A stretch of 64,000 bases of DNA, taken from assembly GCA_036172245.1 (NCBI GenBank), contig JAYWIR010000003.1:3782001-3846000 (forward strand), in the 5' to 3' direction. Position 1 is the first letter of the stretch. Each line of letters begins with the position of its first letter. The translations under genes were made by a program, and so were the position numbers. Source of the stretch: Raillietiella orientalis. Lineage: Eukaryota. The notes beneath the pieces are model-generated. The model was not told where the DNA came from, searched no databases, and saw only the letters and a program-made list of their open reading frames with translations. Positions 60,900-64,000 of the stretch are shown piece after piece.

Positions 60900-62994
60900 G
60901 CGACTTCAACCTGAAGCTGCCGTTTGGTGAGGGCACAACCACACGTGCGTCGTTCCACGAACACGCCCGTGGAACGACACACTTACCACCGGAGTGTTCT
61001 TTCGTCCGAGGCCGACTTTGAGGAACAGGAGCTCTCTCCCGCCTGGACCGAACGCCCCAGGCTCTGTCTTGAGAAACCTATCCGGCAAGTGTCACCTTCC
61101 GTGGATCATTAAGGAATTCAAGCCTTTCAAAGATCTGAAAAGCAGACTCTCATTTGCAGGTCAGGTGGATGTCCACAGCTGACCTCCATTATCTGAAAAC
61201 CTGCTTACATAAATTTCATAGTGATGGATGTATAGGAAGGGAAAGAGTTTCGAAAAGACATCAACCAAATAAAAGGTTCAAAATCCCGAAAGACCTTGAA
61301 AATAAATACACGTGTGCAGTATATATATTAATGTACAAATTTATTTATAGCTTAAAGTATATAATAAAGATTTTCAAAGAATAGTTTATTAAATATTTTA
61401 ATATATTTATTGTGTATCTTAAGATAAGCATATAAATCAATCAGTTTATATATATATATTGATCATATATTATTGATACTTATATATTAAGTTTTACATA
61501 CATGTAAAATTAACTGATTTATATGTATACACATAAATATCAAGATTGACATACACTATTGAGATAATAATATATGTGTGTTTATCATAGATACTAGAAT
61601 AATTAAGAACGTGTTTATTAATGATGTTCATATATAGATTGATATAGAAATATATATTAAAAAGATTATAAAAAATAAAAACACGTTTACTGTATATATT
61701 AATGTATATTGATATATAAATTAACATATAGATTCACAAATTTATTTTAACGTACATATTTATTAATAATATGTGTTAATACATTGTAAATATATAGTGA
61801 AGATTAAAAGTAGACGTTTATTATGTACATTGATATATATATATATATGAAATGAATGTATAACTATAGAATTTTAAAAAGTAAAAATAACGGTTGCAAT
61901 TAAAAGCAGTGGGAAGGCATAAAAAAGCAAAGATATTAAAAAGAGAGAAAAGATATTTTGTATTTCATTTTCGATACTCAATAAATGGAAGAAAATGACG
62001 AATTCTGTTTTCGGCATTTGGATCGATCTATAAATACATATATTTACAATTTGGTATTTATGTATCCATTTCATATATATTTATTATGTGTAAAGATATC
62101 TACATACTAAACACGTATGTATATTTATTTTTTATAATCTTCATCACATATATTGATCCTTTCATTAATCCCTGCATAAATTTACATATCCATATGTATG
62201 TATTTTAAGATCTTTTGGGATTTCGAGGGTGCGGTGGATTTCGACTTTCGGGCTTTGGGCCGACACCGGGCTGCACCCTCCTCTTGCCAGTGTCCCTCCG
62301 ACCAGGAGCTGGTAAGTGTTGAGCCCTTGTTGATCCTTGGGTCAAAGTTGTCAGACAGGGGGACTGAACAGAGGAGACAGCAGTTTTGGGTGCTTCCTGC
62401 TCAAATTTTCTGTCAGTATCTGTCGAGTTCTCTGGAAGAGAGGGCGCGTAGGTGTGCGCGGAGGCACATTTTTGCCCTTGAGGGCTGCTGAACGAGTGGC
62501 AACATGCCCGAAGGATGGTACGAGTCGGATGGAGGAGGAAACGCTCCCGGAAGAGGGATGAAAAGAAAGCAGTTACTGCATGAGAAGCTTCCCTAAGGTC
62601 GCACCCTCAGGCAATGAAGTGATCGGGTCGTTCGGGCGCTGAGACACAGGACAGGCCACAAAGGCGCGAACAGCGCCGCTTTACAAGGATAATGCAAAAA
62701 AGCGTACACGTCAGGAAAATGCTACAGATGTTTCGAAACCTGGAATTCCTTCGTGAGGAAATCCCCCCTCGGGCCCGCTGCACAAACGAAGAGGAAAAGA
62801 AGATGCCTTTCAAACCGGAATGCTGCTTACGGGCAGCTCAACTAATGCTTGGAGCGCGGATTCCTCTTTCAAATTTTCGTGTTCTAAGAGAGTTGACCTC
62901 ATGTGCCGCTCTCCATCTGATGGTGGCAGTCGGATTCGACGAGGCGCCGACCGAAATCCCGAATGCGGAAATCCCGGGGGATCATAAAAAATGA
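60900..62994 (+). mobile_element. Penelope-like RT/linker remnants interrupted by AT-rich DNA
   Basis: LKLPF...VFFRPRPTL (~60915-61020); QTGGL..G, AQIF, RCARRHIF (RYVDDIF-like) and LEFL..IPP..CTNEEEKKMPF (62340-62810). Confidence 0.45.
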
Positions 62995-63480
62995 ATACGT
63001 GTTTATTATATATGTAAATATATGAATATTACAAAAATAAACATGTTGCTCATCGTGTAAAGATCAATATATAAATTTATTCCAACATGCATACTTACTG
63101 ATATTTATTAACACACACATTATTAATATAATTCATAATATGCGTAGAATTTAATTAATTCTTCAAAATATGTGTATACATGTTTTGAAGAACATTGCAA
63201 GTGAATACATATGCCTATTATAGATATATAGATATATTTCTATGTACATTTCTATATGTAACGAATGTATATTAAGTGAAGATATAAATATCGAATTATA
63301 AAATAAAAAAAACAGTGGTAACAATGAAAGGTGGTGGGGGAAGATAAAAAAGCAGGCAAATTAAAAAGACAAAGAAGAAACTTTGCATTTCATTTTCCCA
63401 TCATTTCCAACAATCAAAAAATGACACTTCCTCAGTAAATGATGAGTTCTATTTTGGGGATTTTGATTGCTTGATAAATG
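61870..63480 (+). repeat. Two diverged direct copies of a ~170-bp AT-rich unit (61870-62030 and 63300-63480) within very AT-rich, TA-laden blocks
   Basis: Shared AAAAAAGCA..ATTAAAAAGA..TTTG.ATTTCATTTTC..AAATGA.GA.TTCT.TTT. Confidence 0.6.
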
Positions 63481-64000
63481 GATGTGTTGATAATAGTTTA
63501 TGATCCGATATTTATATATTCATTTGATATATATTTATCATATATATTAATGTATATTCACATATATAATGGACACATATGTTTGCATATTCTTTATTTT
63601 ATGTATTATCAGTATCTCAATGATATTATTAATTACATTAATAAGATATATATGCCAATCAGTGCTGACAACTGTATATGCTAAAATCATATTCCTATGA
63701 ATGACACATATGTTGATCAATTAATACATACTAATAAATAATATCCTCAAGTAAATATTGATAAATATGAGCGTTTGAAAGAAATTTGTATATTGATCCA
63801 TACAAAAATATATTTATTAATACACGCATTAAGCGTATATGTTTACTTTTTCTGATCCTTATAACATATATAAACCTACACGCTAACATATGTAATAAAC
63901 ATACAAATTTATTTTCGCTGATCGTTCAGGATTTTGAACCAAACCCTCTTTGGGGATGTGTAAGCACGGAAATACAGATTTGTCTGCAAGAGAAGCCCAT

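Noticed and set aside
1..64000. CRISPR arrays, rRNA, tRNA, prokaryotic operons
   Set aside because: None seen; the sequence is eukaryotic, with spliceosomal introns.

Overview
Animal (metazoan, plausibly arthropod) genomic DNA: spliceosomal introns including one U12-type intron, many degraded retroelements, no prokaryotic features. The dominant structure is a ~42.7-kb palindrome: two ~14.1-kb inverted arms (11164-25313 and 39700-53850, ~99.9% identical) around a unique 14.4-kb spacer. Each arm carries an intact two-exon copy of a stand-alone CoA-dependent acyltransferase (condensation-domain/alcohol-acetyltransferase-like, HxxxD motif), and the two copies encode the same protein. A diverged third paralog with the same main intron position sits in the spacer. 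The arms are strongly GC/CpG-enriched relative to the spacer, the flanks and the spacer paralog, and a more diverged (~93%) inverted extension lies outside them. Together this suggests an old palindrome kept identical by GC-biased arm-to-arm gene conversion (inference). Left of the palindrome is a complete five-exon cornichon-4 (CNIH4) gene that the ORF track does not show. The rest is Tx1/L1-like, RLE (NeSL/Utopia-like) and Penelope-like remnants plus a tiny pogo/Tigger-like MITE. Most long Arg/Pro/Ala-rich ORFs in the track are artefacts of high GC.
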